Shown: positions 28,056-39,744 of the stretch, in pieces | Layout: every line of letters starts with the position of its first letter | Position numbering within the stretch: the first letter of the stretch is position 1 | Origin: a virus | Direction: 5' to 3' (one strand) | IMG/VR virus record: IMGVR_UViG_3300047650_000023 | DNA length: 64,000 nucleotides | Position numbers and translations under genes: made by a program | Notes under the pieces: generated by a model | Seen by the model: the letters and a program-made list of their open reading frames with translations, nothing else | Database searches by the model: none | What the model was told of the DNA's origin: nothing

Positions 28056-29069
28056 TTAACTTGCTAATTGGTCTTCGTTATGTAATTGCAAATATTCATC
28101 ATAATACATCCAAACCAATGGTGTCCCATCTGGGAGTTTTCCTACTGATTTCTGTTTTCCTTTACAACAATTTTGAATATTATTAATATTATATTTTTCT
28201 GACGCTTCTTTGGTAGTATTAAATATTTCATTAGTAGTAATACAAATTACTTTTTTTATATGATTATTTTTATATGTTTTTTTATCATTACCTACTTTCA
28301 AATACTCACTATAATACATCCATTGTAATAGCTCACTTGTAATCGGGTGCTTACCACAAGATTTTCTTCGACCATTACAACATGCACAAATACTACTATA
28401 ATCTATATTATATTTCAGACTAGCTTCTTTTTCTGTATTAAATATTTCTTTTGTATTAATACAAACAATTGACTTTTTATTAAAACTATCTTTCCCTGTA
28501 AATAATCCATAAATATCTTTATTCCAAGGAATACAACCTTTTTTATTTTCACTCATTTTTTCTTTAGATTCATCACTCATGTGTTTTCCGAACCAATAAG
28601 AATTTTTACTTTTTAATATTGCATGATTATTTTTAATCTTTTCGATTGATTCCTTTGTATGGTGTCTTCCATACCACGATGAATTAATTCCACTATATTT
28701 ACCTTTCCTTGTTTCACTTATTCTATTATAAATATTTTTAATTTCATCATCTGTTTTACCTAATATTAAATTTCCACCATCTCCACCAGAAGCAATATTA
28801 TAATAGTCATTTGACTCAGTAGCATTGTGATTTTTTATGTATTCTATTTCTAATTGATTTAATTCTTCTTTAGAATAAGCTATTGAGAGTATTTCACGAA
28901 TAAAGTTTTCTTTACCATATTTGATTATCGCACGTTTTAAGTGTTTTCCACTTCCCAAATATGTAATCCACGTATTAGATATATCAAATTTCTTTTGACC
29001 AATATACTTTTTACCATTGATTAAATTAGTTGTGATATAAATAAATCCATAAGGATCTTTTACTTCCAA
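28056..29069 (-). CDS. Free-standing GIY-YIG homing endonuclease with NUMOD3/NUMOD1-like repeats; start reassigned to TTG at 29069
   Basis: 'YGFIYITTNLINGKKYIGQK', 'YYNIASGGDGG', 'WYGRHHTKES', two 'VICITTNEIF' type repeats; GGAGG 8 nt upstream of the TTG. Confidence 0.9.
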   Translation of the reverse strand: MEVKDPYGFIYITTNLINGKKYIGQKKFDISNTWITYLGSGKHLKRAIIKYGKENFIREILSIAYSKEELNQLEIEYIKNHNATESNDYYNIASGGDGGNLILGKTDDEIKNIYNRISETRKGKYSGINSSWYGRHHTKESIEKIKNNHAILKSKNSYWFGKHMSDESKEKMSENKKGCIPWNKDIYGLFTGKDSFNKKSIVCINTKEIFNTEKEASLKYNIDYSSICACCNGRRKSCGKHPITSELLQWMYYSEYLKVGNDKKTYKNNHIKKVICITTNEIFNTTKEASEKYNINNIQNCCKGKQKSVGKLPDGTPLVWMYYDEYLQLHNEDQLAS

Positions 29070-29379
29070 TATTTTATCCTCCCTGATCAGAGGAGGTGTG
29101 TACACACATTTTAACTTGCAAGTTCTCCTTAATACTATCCTTTCTTAAAATTTAATATTAATTTATTATAGTACCCAATCGTCTTCAATATGTTCGCAAA
29201 TTCTATAATGATTTCTATCGTCTTTAATAAATTCTGCCATAACATTATCAATCTTAACAAGTTGATAATTACTCTTTATAAACTTCCTTACATGCTTTCT
29301 ACGTGAATTATAACTAAGGCTCATTACTTATTTCTCCTTTAGTTTTAAAATGTGAATCAACTACCAATTTGGTAGTATA

Positions 29380-29643
29380 TCATATTTCAATTTGTTTCAA
29401 TAGTGTAAAATCAATAGTATTATCAAAATCATTTATATCTCCAATATGTATTGCGACATAATAACAATCTGAACCGTTTAAAATAATAGTTGCTCTGTAT
29501 TGATTATCTTCTAGGGTTTCTTGAAAGAAATACGGTGGACAATTATGGGCATATATCAATGAATTATTAGGAATTTGATTTTTTAAATAAGAAATAACTT
29601 GATTCTGAATTAATTTAACGTCTTGTAAATATAATTTATTCAT
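29380..29643 (-). CDS. Hypothetical protein
   Basis: ORF track, RBS present. Confidence 0.5.
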   Translation of the reverse strand: MNKLYLQDVKLIQNQVISYLKNQIPNNSLIYAHNCPPYFFQETLEDNQYRATIILNGSDCYYVAIHIGDINDFDNTIDFTLLKQIEI

Positions 29644-29666
29644 TTAATTACCGTCCTTTTCATTCA

Positions 29667-30308
29667 TCAAAGTTTATCGTATTCATCTTTCATTTTTAAT
29701 ACATTTTGAACTGCTTTAGTAATATAAATTCCTTTTCTTTTAGCATGTTTCATACCCTTAATACCTAGCCCATATGCAACCAAACCTGATTTTTGTCCAT
29801 ATGATAAGAGCAATGGTTTTAAAACTATAATTCCAGCCTTAATGTTCTGATAAGGGTCGAGAAGATTAGTTATACCTTGTTTTTTTAAGTCTGGAATATG
29901 ACAACTATTCACTTGGCACAAACCTCGATCTATACTGTGATTACTATTAATGTGAATCTTATTAGCTTCAAATCGGCTTTCCTCCCACATAATACTCAGT
30001 AATAGTTTATAGTCCACATTATTTGTTCTACATAAATCATAAGTGTATTCCTGTAACTCTTTAGAAAGTGGAATTTGCGGAATATAATACGAATAATCAA
30101 CTGGTGTTACTTTAGTTTGTTTTACAAATTTATTGTTACTATATTCAATTTTAAATTGCTCATTCTTTAATTCTGCTATTGAGGAATATTTTTCTATTAC
30201 CTCAACAGTTTTGGGTTTTATGTTTATATTAGGTATTTGAGTATTCATTATAACGAAATTCAAAGCCAATACAAAACATATGACCTTTTTATAAGACATT
30301 TTCGCCAC
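29667..30308 (-). CDS. SLT-domain lytic transglycosylase with N-terminal membrane anchor
   Basis: 'LLLSIMWEESRF', 'DRGLCQVN', 'DPYQNI.AG', 'LVAY'. Confidence 0.85.
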   Translation of the reverse strand: MAKMSYKKVICFVLALNFVIMNTQIPNINIKPKTVEVIEKYSSIAELKNEQFKIEYSNNKFVKQTKVTPVDYSYYIPQIPLSKELQEYTYDLCRTNNVDYKLLLSIMWEESRFEANKIHINSNHSIDRGLCQVNSCHIPDLKKQGITNLLDPYQNIKAGIIVLKPLLLSYGQKSGLVAYGLGIKGMKHAKRKGIYITKAVQNVLKMKDEYDKL

Positions 30309-30318
30309 CCTTTACTTT

Positions 30319-33300
30319 TTAATTTATAGGATAATTTTTAACTAAAAAACTCTGTCTCTTTTCTAGTTTATCGTTATATTTGACACAATAACTATCTTCA
30401 TATAATGCTTTACAAACTTCGCTTCCATATTCAGATAATATTTTATTCATAGATTCAATAAATTGTTTATGCAATTTACTACTTTCATTATAATCTTCTA
30501 AATTATCTTTTACTTCAAAGTCTATTGTAAATCTATGTTTACCCATTAATATCACTTCTTTCAGTTTATTTATTCTATAGAAAGATAATTTGGTTAGGAT
30601 TTTACAACATATATTTATTTGATATATCAGACCATATTTCTTGAAGAAAAGTATCGTGTTTTTCTTCTTCGTCTACATATGCCAAACTTAAAAAATATCG
30701 TTCCCAACATTGAAGTTTTTCTTCTGTTGTACAATGATCTTGACCATCAAAATCAAATTGTTCGTCTTTTTCTATACACTTCTTTTCACCCATATACCGA
30801 ATATTTTGAGAAAAAGCAATATAAGGACATTCTTTATTTTCATCTATAAATATTCTTTTACAAGTTAATCGTAACGCTTTTTTATAATCTTCAATTTTAA
30901 AATCTATATCCATTTTAATCTCCTTTTCTACTATAAAATATAATTTTGGTCGTATTTTAGTTTTCTTTTTTAAATTTTCGTAATATCATCTGCCCCACAT
31001 TCAGCTTCGTTTAGTATTTCTTCAAGATTATTATAACATTCATTTACGTCAAGAATATACATTGTTGCTTTATATAGTTTAGCCATTATATTTTCCTTTC
31101 TCAACTACCATCAAATTTAAGATTGATTCACTTTATATATACATCCAAATAATGATATGATAAGAATAATCATTGAAGTCATACAAATTTTCATGCTAAA
31201 TGAATTTAAAGTCCAAAATACAATTAATCCAGAAAAGAAAAATATAATTGCACAAATAATAGCTGCTTTTTTAAAAAAGTTTAAACTCATAATTTCACTC
31301 TTTCTTAACCCAATAATCAGGATATTCTCGTCTCAAAATCCTCATAGCTAATATTTGTTGGCATTTATGTATTCCATCTTGAAATATATCAATGTCATCT
31401 GGATGTTGTTTTTCTAATTGATTATATTCATTCCAAGCTGAAATTAGATTATCTATAACTTTCTGTTCTTGCTCTGTTAAACCTGAATTTATTTCTACTT
31501 CCATATAACCACAAGTAGTACATCTATATTGTTGAAAATACGAATCCCAATCCATTAAATCACTACATTGAGGACACATTTTAGTTTTATGAATCATGAT
31601 TATTTTACTCCTTTTTCTAAATCTCTAATCAATTTTAAAATTTATTGACAGTCGCATGTATCTTCGTGACATTGAATTATGTCTATTGTTTGATATCTTA
31701 ATTGACTTTGAATTGAAAATAATAAATCGTTAAAATCTGGTCTATCTTCTTCTAAATCTATATGTAGATTTGAATAAATCTCTATCCTAAGATTTTCAAT
31801 TTCATCTGCAATTTCTTTTAATCTATTACTATAATACGTTTACCTCACCTCTTAACTATCGTAGAATGGCAGATTGATGATATATTTTAATTACTTATAT
31901 ATAATGAACCATTTGCTTTTAATCTTGGTGTTATAGCAATTGCAGGACTATCTCCACCATAACCTCCTGATCCTGATACAACTATATAATTTACACCAGT
32001 ATCTTTATCTACAACATACATGGTGCTATAATTTCCATTATTATTTTGCGCCCATATTTGAAGTGGTGCTGTTTGGTCATCTGCTGTTACTGTTTTAGAT
32101 GAACATGCTCCCAAACCAAACATTGTTATTAAAATCATAATCATTAATATTTTCTTCATTATTTCAATTCTTCTTTCTAAATCTCATAGATTTGTAATTC
32201 TATAAGATTTTTCGTAAACTTAACTTTTCCATATCATAATTGTTTCTGATATAATCTACTAAATTATTAATTGTTATTTTAATAAATTCGTCTTTTAATT
32301 CTGAACGACAATAGCAATTACAAGAATTTTCTTTTCCATTTTGTTTATATTTATTAAGACTAAATGTTACTTTAAATAATAATATATCATCAGGATTCTT
32401 TATTATTTTCTTTTTTAACCATTTGAACATAATTCATTTTCCTTTCCTTTCTCAAACTTACAATGAATCCATGAATCTATTGTACTCGACCTAATATAAA
32501 TTTTGTTTGATTAATTCCAAATGGAAAACTTGCAATACAAACCCAATTACTTTTTAATCTCCAAGATAATTCTTTTGTATCTGTTGTTTCAAAAACTTCT
32601 TTAACCATTGGAAATACATTGTTTTGTGGTTTAAATTCAGCTTCTCTAATAATTTTATCAAATTCATTTTCCATAATATTTTTACCTTTCTAATTATAAT
32701 TCATTAAGAGATTTAATTGCTTGAGTTGCCTAGATATCCGCTTAAATTACTAAGAACATGTTGATATGCCCAATATTGTGGATTACCAAAAGCATTTATA
32801 ATATTATTTAAATCTATAATTAAAACGATAGCAAAAGAAAATATTAAACAGGACGATATAACTATTTTTATAATTGTCCAATTTTCATTATATTTTTTAT
32901 TATAATCATCATTTATTATTAAAGATATAGATTTTTTCAATACAATAATGCTTAATATTATAACTATTAACCCTATAGCACACCATAAAATAGATTTAAT
33001 TCCACTTATATAAGCTTGATGTACATACAAAGCAAATAATTGTTTTACATATCCACTAATTTGATTTGCAGCCATGCCTAATTTACTTGCTATATTATTT
33101 ATCACATTATTAATTTGATTTGAAACATTCATTAATTTTTACCTCTTTCTATTCCTAATTTATCTTTATTTATTAATTGTTTAAGTCTACTTATAATTTC
33201 AGGTGTCATCGATATAGACGAGTCATCTTCTAAATCACGCATGAAATTAGTATATTTCTTAAATTCAGACTATGTCTTATATTTATTTGCATTTTTTCTT

Positions 33301-35443
33301 ATCTCTTTTCGTATTTGTCTATATAGTGATTTTTCACTATATAATTCATGAGTATAGAAATACGCAACTCGCCTATAACATAATTCATTGATTGTAGCTT
33401 TGTTAATTTCTTTTTGATATTTATTCATGAAGATATTTATTTCTCTTATTATAAAGCTTATTATACATTTCTGGTTCACCTAAATAAGCAAAAGGTATTG
33501 CAGAATATTTATTTAAGAATTTAGTTAGTTTATTGTTATAATAATTAAACCAAATTTTATACCATAATATTTTCATTTTTATTCCTTTTATTCTATCTGT
33601 TTTTATTATCTTTATCAATATCTGGATGAAATGAAAAATTCTCATTTAGGATTACTGCTTTTAATTTTTCTGGTTTTTGTACAGCACTTTTACAGCAAGT
33701 AGGTGGAGGGGTAAATTCGTGTAAATGTCCTTCTATTTTATCAATTGCTGTTTCAGCAGTGAGAGCGCATTCATGACATATATATAATTTTTTATTTTTT
33801 GATAATTGATATTTAAATGACCAGCCTTTTTCTCTTTTAAATTGTTGTTTACAAAAATAACAATCTTTCCATAGAAAAGGATTTAATTTTACTAAACTAT
33901 ATTTTTCATAACCAATTTCTTTATAATAATCTTCTTTTGATTTTTCTCTTTTCATATTTATCCTTTCTAACACAACTATGATCAAATCAAGAATTGATTG
34001 ACTCTTCATTATAGTCAAATGTAAATGTAGTTTTATTTTCTAACAATAGTTTAAGTATTTTGTCCTGTTTACTTATTCGATTATTATAAATATTATTTTC
34101 TTGAATATCTTTAACAATCTGATTTGTACACACTTTCTTCATCATTTCCTTATCCGATAATATTTTTATTGCTGATTCAATTTGATTATCAGCATCGTTT
34201 TCTTTAGTCCAAATCGTACTATAAAGAATATCTATTCTTGTTTTATGATACCATCGTTCATTATCTCTCTTATATTTTATAGATAGCCAAATTTGATAAT
34301 TCAACAAAGTATAATCTATTGTGGTATAATTAGGTTTTACAACAACTGAAATATTCATATTATTTCTCCTTTAGTTTTTATTAATACTACGATCAAATCG
34401 ATATTTTATGTGTTTTTAACCGTTATATTTATTATAAATCATTTTATCAGTCCAACCTTCATTTTCGCGCAATGACTTGATTTCAGTTAAAATATCTCTA
34501 CATACTTTTCTATATTTGTTAATCAAACTAAATTCATTTTTATACATTTCTTTTTCATATTCATCATAATCTGTAGAATTATCATATACAAAATCTGGAT
34601 CACATTTTATATCTATTTTACGAGTTATTGTAATCCATTCAATTCCGTTATTGTAATAGTATTTAGTATTATCAATATTTGGATTGTCTAATGTATTACC
34701 TATATTTATTTCAAAATCAAAATCAATTTCATTACCGTTTAAGTATCTTTTAAGTGTTATATCTACATATTGATATTCTTGAATAGAATCAAAATCGCTT
34801 GTCTCCCATTCTGAAACACTATTGAGATAATCATTGCTTTTAGAAGCAATTTGAACATACTCTTCTGCTTTATATTTATTAGTAAAAATTTTTTCAATAC
34901 AATAATCTGAATAGCATCCTGAAGTAATTACATAAATTTTCATAACCAATTCTTCTTTCTTAATTTATAATTTTATACAATAAAACTGATGATTGATTGT
35001 ATATTTCAACGATAAACATTAGAACTTTTAAATTTAAAGTAACCTTTATGATAACCACATTTTTTACAAGTTACAGACACTCTTATGTTTGGTTGTTTAA
35101 GTATTTCATTTCCATATTCGTCAACAATAGTGTTACAATATGATTTTTCATCATATTCAAATTCATGTTTACAAAAACATTGTCGTATGTAATTGATAAA
35201 CCATCTCATTCAAATCATTTCCTCTTTATTTAATATTTTTATATTTATAATGTGCTTAAATGGTATGCAAAGGTTATCTTTAGAATAATAAATATCATCA
35301 AAAATATCTAAATATTTTGAATCAAAACCTTTGATTTCACCTTTAAAAATCATTCTTTTAATATCTTCAATTTCAATAAAATCACCAATTTTAAATTCAT
35401 TTTCATTAATAATTAATTTCTTTTCTATTCTAAAATCTATCAT
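30319..35443 (-). other. Array of about 13 small accessory ORFs, including a DUF6440-like lipoprotein (31887-32159) and a membrane protein (32713-33132)
   Basis: ORF track; lipobox 'LGAC' and 'YVVDKDTGVNY...ITPRL.A.G..Y' in the 31887 ORF. Confidence 0.6.
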
Positions 35444-37427
35444 AATTAATCATCTCCTCAAAAGTTGTTTCATCAATAATCTTAACTCCAAGTTGTTTCG
35501 CTTTATCATACTTGCTACCAGCATTTTCGCCAACTAAAACATAATCAGTTTTCTTGCTCACAGAGCTACTAGTCTTCGCTCCAAGCGATTCAAGTTTATC
35601 CTGAATACTTTGACGAGTATAGTTGATTAATGATCCAGTGACAACGATAGTCTTATCTCGGAAGGGATTAAATTTAGATGTAGAATTTGTAGTTATATTT
35701 GATGGTTCTAATTGAAAAGGCATATATCTTACTAAATCTAAAAACATTTCAAAATTTATTTCATTGTTAAACCAATCATTTATACCATCCGATGTGATTT
35801 GACCAATATCATCAATAGCATTAAATTGAGTAGTCATTCCACATTCTATATTTTGTATAATATCATCTAATAATTCTTGAATATTATTTTTATAAAATTT
35901 TGAGATAAGTTTAGAAGTGTTCAAACCACAATTCGGAATACCCATAGCAAAAATAAAATTAGCCATTTTAACTTGTATTGAGTTTTGAATTGACTCCCAT
36001 ATTTTATTGTAGGATTTAATACCAAAACCTTCAAGTTTGATAATATCAGATTTATGACTATCTAACTTGTAAATATCAGAAAAAGTCTTTAAAAATCCTT
36101 TGCTAATAAATGTTTCAATAATTGATTCAGATACACCAACAATATTCATAGCGTCACGACTACAAAAATGTTCAAACTGTGCTACTTTCCTTGATGGACA
36201 GTCTTCATTAGTACACATTAAAACTCTTGCTGTTTTTAATGTTTTGACTTCCGTTTTACTATTACATATAGGACATACATTTGGAATCTTTTCTGTGTTA
36301 CTTCTTGTAAGATTGTCAGTAATCTTAGGCATCACTTCGTTAGCTTTAATTAGACAAATTGTATCACCTTGACCTAATTGTAAATCTTCAAAATAATCTA
36401 CATTATGAAGTGTAGCACGTTCAATAGTAGAACCTTCTATATCTGTTGGTTGAAATACTCCTACAGGACTAAGGATACCAGTTCTTGATGTGTTCCATTC
36501 TGTATGATCATACATAGTTTCATTTTCTTTGTTAAAAAATTTAAAAGCTTCTGCATTTAAAGGAAATTTAGCTGTTGACCCCAAACTATTTCCATAAGCA
36601 ATATCGTTATATTTTAGAACCATTCCATCTATTGGTACACCATATTCTTTAGCAAGATTACGCATTTTATTAATCTCATCTTGTAATTTGTCTACTGTAA
36701 TATTACTTGATATTTTCGTATTAAAAATAGTATAGAAACCCAATTCACCTAAAAACTCAAATTGTTCTTCAACTGTTTCAAATTCTCTATCACATTCAAT
36801 AATGTTAAATGCCATAAAGTTTACATTACGACTCGCACATATTTTTGAATCAAGATTCCTAACAGTTCCCGCAACGAGATTACGGCTATTAGCAAATCGA
36901 CCATTTTCTTTTTCGTTTATTGCTTGAAAATCATTATCAAAAATAACTGCTTCGCCAGTTACTTTTAAATTCCCATCATAGTTAATGTGTAGCGGAACAT
37001 TCTTAAATGTTTTTACGTTAAAAGAAACATCTTCTCCTATTATTGAATTTCCTCTTGTACTACCTTGTATAAACTCACTATTATTATAGTCAAGTTCATG
37101 AGTTAAGCCATCACCCTTTAACATTAACATGCACTCTTTATTATTTTGAAATTTATATAATTCATTAATATCTTTTGTTTTACCAAGTGAAAGTAAAGGT
37201 ATTTTATGCTCGACTTTATTGAGTTTTGATTTTACTTCATAACCTACATTTTGAGTTGGACTTGAAGATAATACTGTGCCTGTTTTTCTTTCAAGTTGAG
37301 CAAGTCTATCAAGCATATTGTCCCATTCACTGTCTGTCATTATCGGTGTTTCAGAATTATAATATTTTGAACTTGCTAAATTTAATTGGTCAATTAGATT
37401 CATCATTTCTGTAATACTATCAATCAT
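35430..37427 (-). CDS. ligA: NAD-dependent DNA ligase
   Basis: 'KYYN...MTDSEWD', 'LLSLGK', 'LKGDG' (KxDG), 'STRGN..IGEDV', 'RATLHN', Zn finger, C-terminal BRCT 'VVTGSL...GAK.SSSVSKKTDYV.VGENAGSK'. Confidence 0.97.
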   Translation of the reverse strand: MIDSITEMMNLIDQLNLASSKYYNSETPIMTDSEWDNMLDRLAQLERKTGTVLSSSPTQNVGYEVKSKLNKVEHKIPLLSLGKTKDINELYKFQNNKECMLMLKGDGLTHELDYNNSEFIQGSTRGNSIIGEDVSFNVKTFKNVPLHINYDGNLKVTGEAVIFDNDFQAINEKENGRFANSRNLVAGTVRNLDSKICASRNVNFMAFNIIECDREFETVEEQFEFLGELGFYTIFNTKISSNITVDKLQDEINKMRNLAKEYGVPIDGMVLKYNDIAYGNSLGSTAKFPLNAEAFKFFNKENETMYDHTEWNTSRTGILSPVGVFQPTDIEGSTIERATLHNVDYFEDLQLGQGDTICLIKANEVMPKITDNLTRSNTEKIPNVCPICNSKTEVKTLKTARVLMCTNEDCPSRKVAQFEHFCSRDAMNIVGVSESIIETFISKGFLKTFSDIYKLDSHKSDIIKLEGFGIKSYNKIWESIQNSIQVKMANFIFAMGIPNCGLNTSKLISKFYKNNIQELLDDIIQNIECGMTTQFNAIDDIGQITSDGINDWFNNEINFEMFLDLVRYMPFQLEPSNITTNSTSKFNPFRDKTIVVTGSLINYTRQSIQDKLESLGAKTSSSVSKKTDYVLVGENAGSKYDKAKQLGVKIIDETTFEEMINYDRF

Positions 37428-37480
37428 CGTTATTCTCCTTCATATTTTTAATTTCTTTCAACTACAATAAAACATTAATT

Positions 37481-38005
37481 TCATTGTATTAAATATCCCA
37501 TTTCATTCAAGACATTTTTGCTTTTCTTTCTTATCGTACTCATAATTGTATTTTGACTTCGATTGAGTATTCCTCTTACATCGACAAAAATTAAATATGT
37601 ATTAAATATTTTTTTCTGATTTATATTCATATTTGAAATTAATTTATTATAAGCCTCTTTTACTTCTAATATATTATAATCTGAATAATCTGGTAACATA
37701 TCTATTTTTTGTGTAGAACAATTATCATCATCTATACGAATGTTTTCGTTTAATGAACATTCTTTATTATGCTTATCTAAGTTTTTAAAATAATGATATA
37801 AAGAAAATTGCATACATTTATACGCATATCTGCTAAATTTACAACCAATATCAGGATTATAGTTTACTACTGCATTACACAGACCTTCTGCTAAATATCC
37901 GTATGTATCACTTAATGAAAGATTTTTAAGTTTTACAAAACTATATATTAGATGCTCATTTTTAGCTACGATTGTTCGTTGCTCTTGTGTAAGTTTGTAC
38001 TTCAT
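37481..38005 (-). CDS. Phage sigma-70-family sigma factor-like protein
   Basis: Region 2-like 'NEHLIYSFV...EGLCNAVVNYNPDIGCKFSRYAYKCM'. Confidence 0.75.
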   Translation of the reverse strand: MKYKLTQEQRTIVAKNEHLIYSFVKLKNLSLSDTYGYLAEGLCNAVVNYNPDIGCKFSRYAYKCMQFSLYHYFKNLDKHNKECSLNENIRIDDDNCSTQKIDMLPDYSDYNILEVKEAYNKLISNMNINQKKIFNTYLIFVDVRGILNRSQNTIMSTIRKKSKNVLNEMGYLIQ

Positions 38006-38103
38006 TACATTTCACCTTTCTTAATTTATTTATTATTGAAACCAAAATTTATTGTTTCCACGTTATTATCCTTTCTTTTAATTTGTTTTCTTTGACACTT
38101 ATT

Positions 38104-38132
38104 ATTATAGCCTGAAATAAATTAAATGTCAA
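38104..38132 (-). promoter_or_regulatory. Consensus SigA promoter inside a 22-bp inverted repeat
   Basis: TTGACA-17 nt-TATAAT; 38104-38125 is the exact reverse complement of 38152-38173. Confidence 0.85.
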
Positions 38133-38183
38133 GTCTTTTTTCTAAACTTTATTAATTTATTTCAGGCTATAATTTATTATATA

Positions 38184-38624
38184 TTATTTTGTTTTACCTT
38201 TGTATAATTTATCTGTTTCACGGCTTAATGATTTTATCAACGAGTATATCATTACTTCTCTTTTAACCTTTAATTCTTGTCTAATAGGTTTTTTAATACA
38301 ATAAACTTCTTTGAAATCATCTTTAAGTTTGTTTACATATGTAACTGGTACAAATACTCCTATTTCTTTAGGTATTTCATCTTTAACTTCTTCGTATAAT
38401 TCTTTTGGCATTACATAATAGTTAAAATTCCCTACAAATGTCTTTTTACACTTACTATGAAAGTCACTATTGCTTATTTTAATTTCATAACATCGCCATA
38501 TTTCTTTACCTTTCCCAAAATTATGAACTTCATATATAAGAAAATCAACAATTCCCATATTTTCTACAGTACATTCACAAACCGAATAAATTCCATTTTT
38601 CTTAGTGCTATTATATAATGCCAT
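38184..38624 (-). CDS. Putative PD-(D/E)xK-like nuclease (MmcB-like)
   Basis: 'VDFL...CYEIKISNSDF...GNFNYYVMP'. Confidence 0.55.
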   Translation of the reverse strand: MALYNSTKKNGIYSVCECTVENMGIVDFLIYEVHNFGKGKEIWRCYEIKISNSDFHSKCKKTFVGNFNYYVMPKELYEEVKDEIPKEIGVFVPVTYVNKLKDDFKEVYCIKKPIRQELKVKREVMIYSLIKSLSRETDKLYKGKTK

Positions 38625-38656
38625 TTCTAATTTCTTTGTTAATTCTGTTTTAACTG

Positions 38657-39744
38657 TTAATCAACTTCCTTTCCACAGTTTTCACATACCAATTCGCTCA
38701 TTCTTTCATCTACATTACCCTCTTGATATGGTCTAAGCTCTTTATATTGCCTTGTAGACAGCTTAGATAGACAGATAGGACATATGTCATTATCTCGACA
38801 AATGCCCTGAAGTGTTGTTCTTATTAGTTTAGTATTGTATCTATTATGTAGAATGTCTTGTAATATATCTGCTTGTAATAGTGGATCATCATTATAATAA
38901 TTTTTTATTGCTTCTATTAATTCTAATGTCATTTATTTAAGTCCCTTTCTTCTAATTTTATTCCTCTGTTTTTTGATAAACTCCAAAACATGCTTCTTTA
39001 TCACTATATCCCACATCATTAAATTCAAAATCCATTTCAGTTCTATAATATGGATAAGGATAAGACATTTTCTTTAATTGTTCATCAGGTATTCTTTCAA
39101 ACAAATCTACAATAATTTTGAAATCATCATCAAGATTCTTTGTTGCTTTTCTCATATCTCCTAATGTCACGATTTTCAATTTATCACCTCTTTTGTTTAA
39201 ATTTTTGATAAATGACAAATTATCATCCTTGATATTTATTAAATAATTCGCCCATTATCATATTGTTTTGTCCAGCAAGATCAATAGCTAAAGCACAAAT
39301 ATTTCTTTCTGTTGATGCTCCTATTTCTTCAGAAAAATATTCAAGAATATTTTTATATTTTCTCTCTTTTATATATCTATCATCAGGAGATAAATTCTTA
39401 TTTTCTTTTTCCAAATCTTCCCTACCAGTTCCATCCCATGCTTTTATATAATGATTATTTATATTATATCTGCGATTAACTGCTCCCATATTTGAACCGT
39501 CAGCATAACGCCACCAACCCCAATCGTCCTTCCAATCGGAAGCATTATCTAATTCTTGAAAATTTTCATCGGTTAACTCCCACACTTGATAGTCCTCGCA
39601 ATATTCCCCATTTTTATTTTTTATCTGATAAGTTTTCTTTGCATTAATATTCAAATTTTTTAAAGTTTGATCTAATTCTGCACCAAGAATTTCTTTCAAT
39701 ATAATCATTCCTTTCTTTTTTAAAAACCCAATCAAAGATGTCAT
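38657..39744 (-). other. Three hypothetical ORFs (38657 with two CxxC pairs, 38958, 39223)
   Basis: ORF track. Confidence 0.55.
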
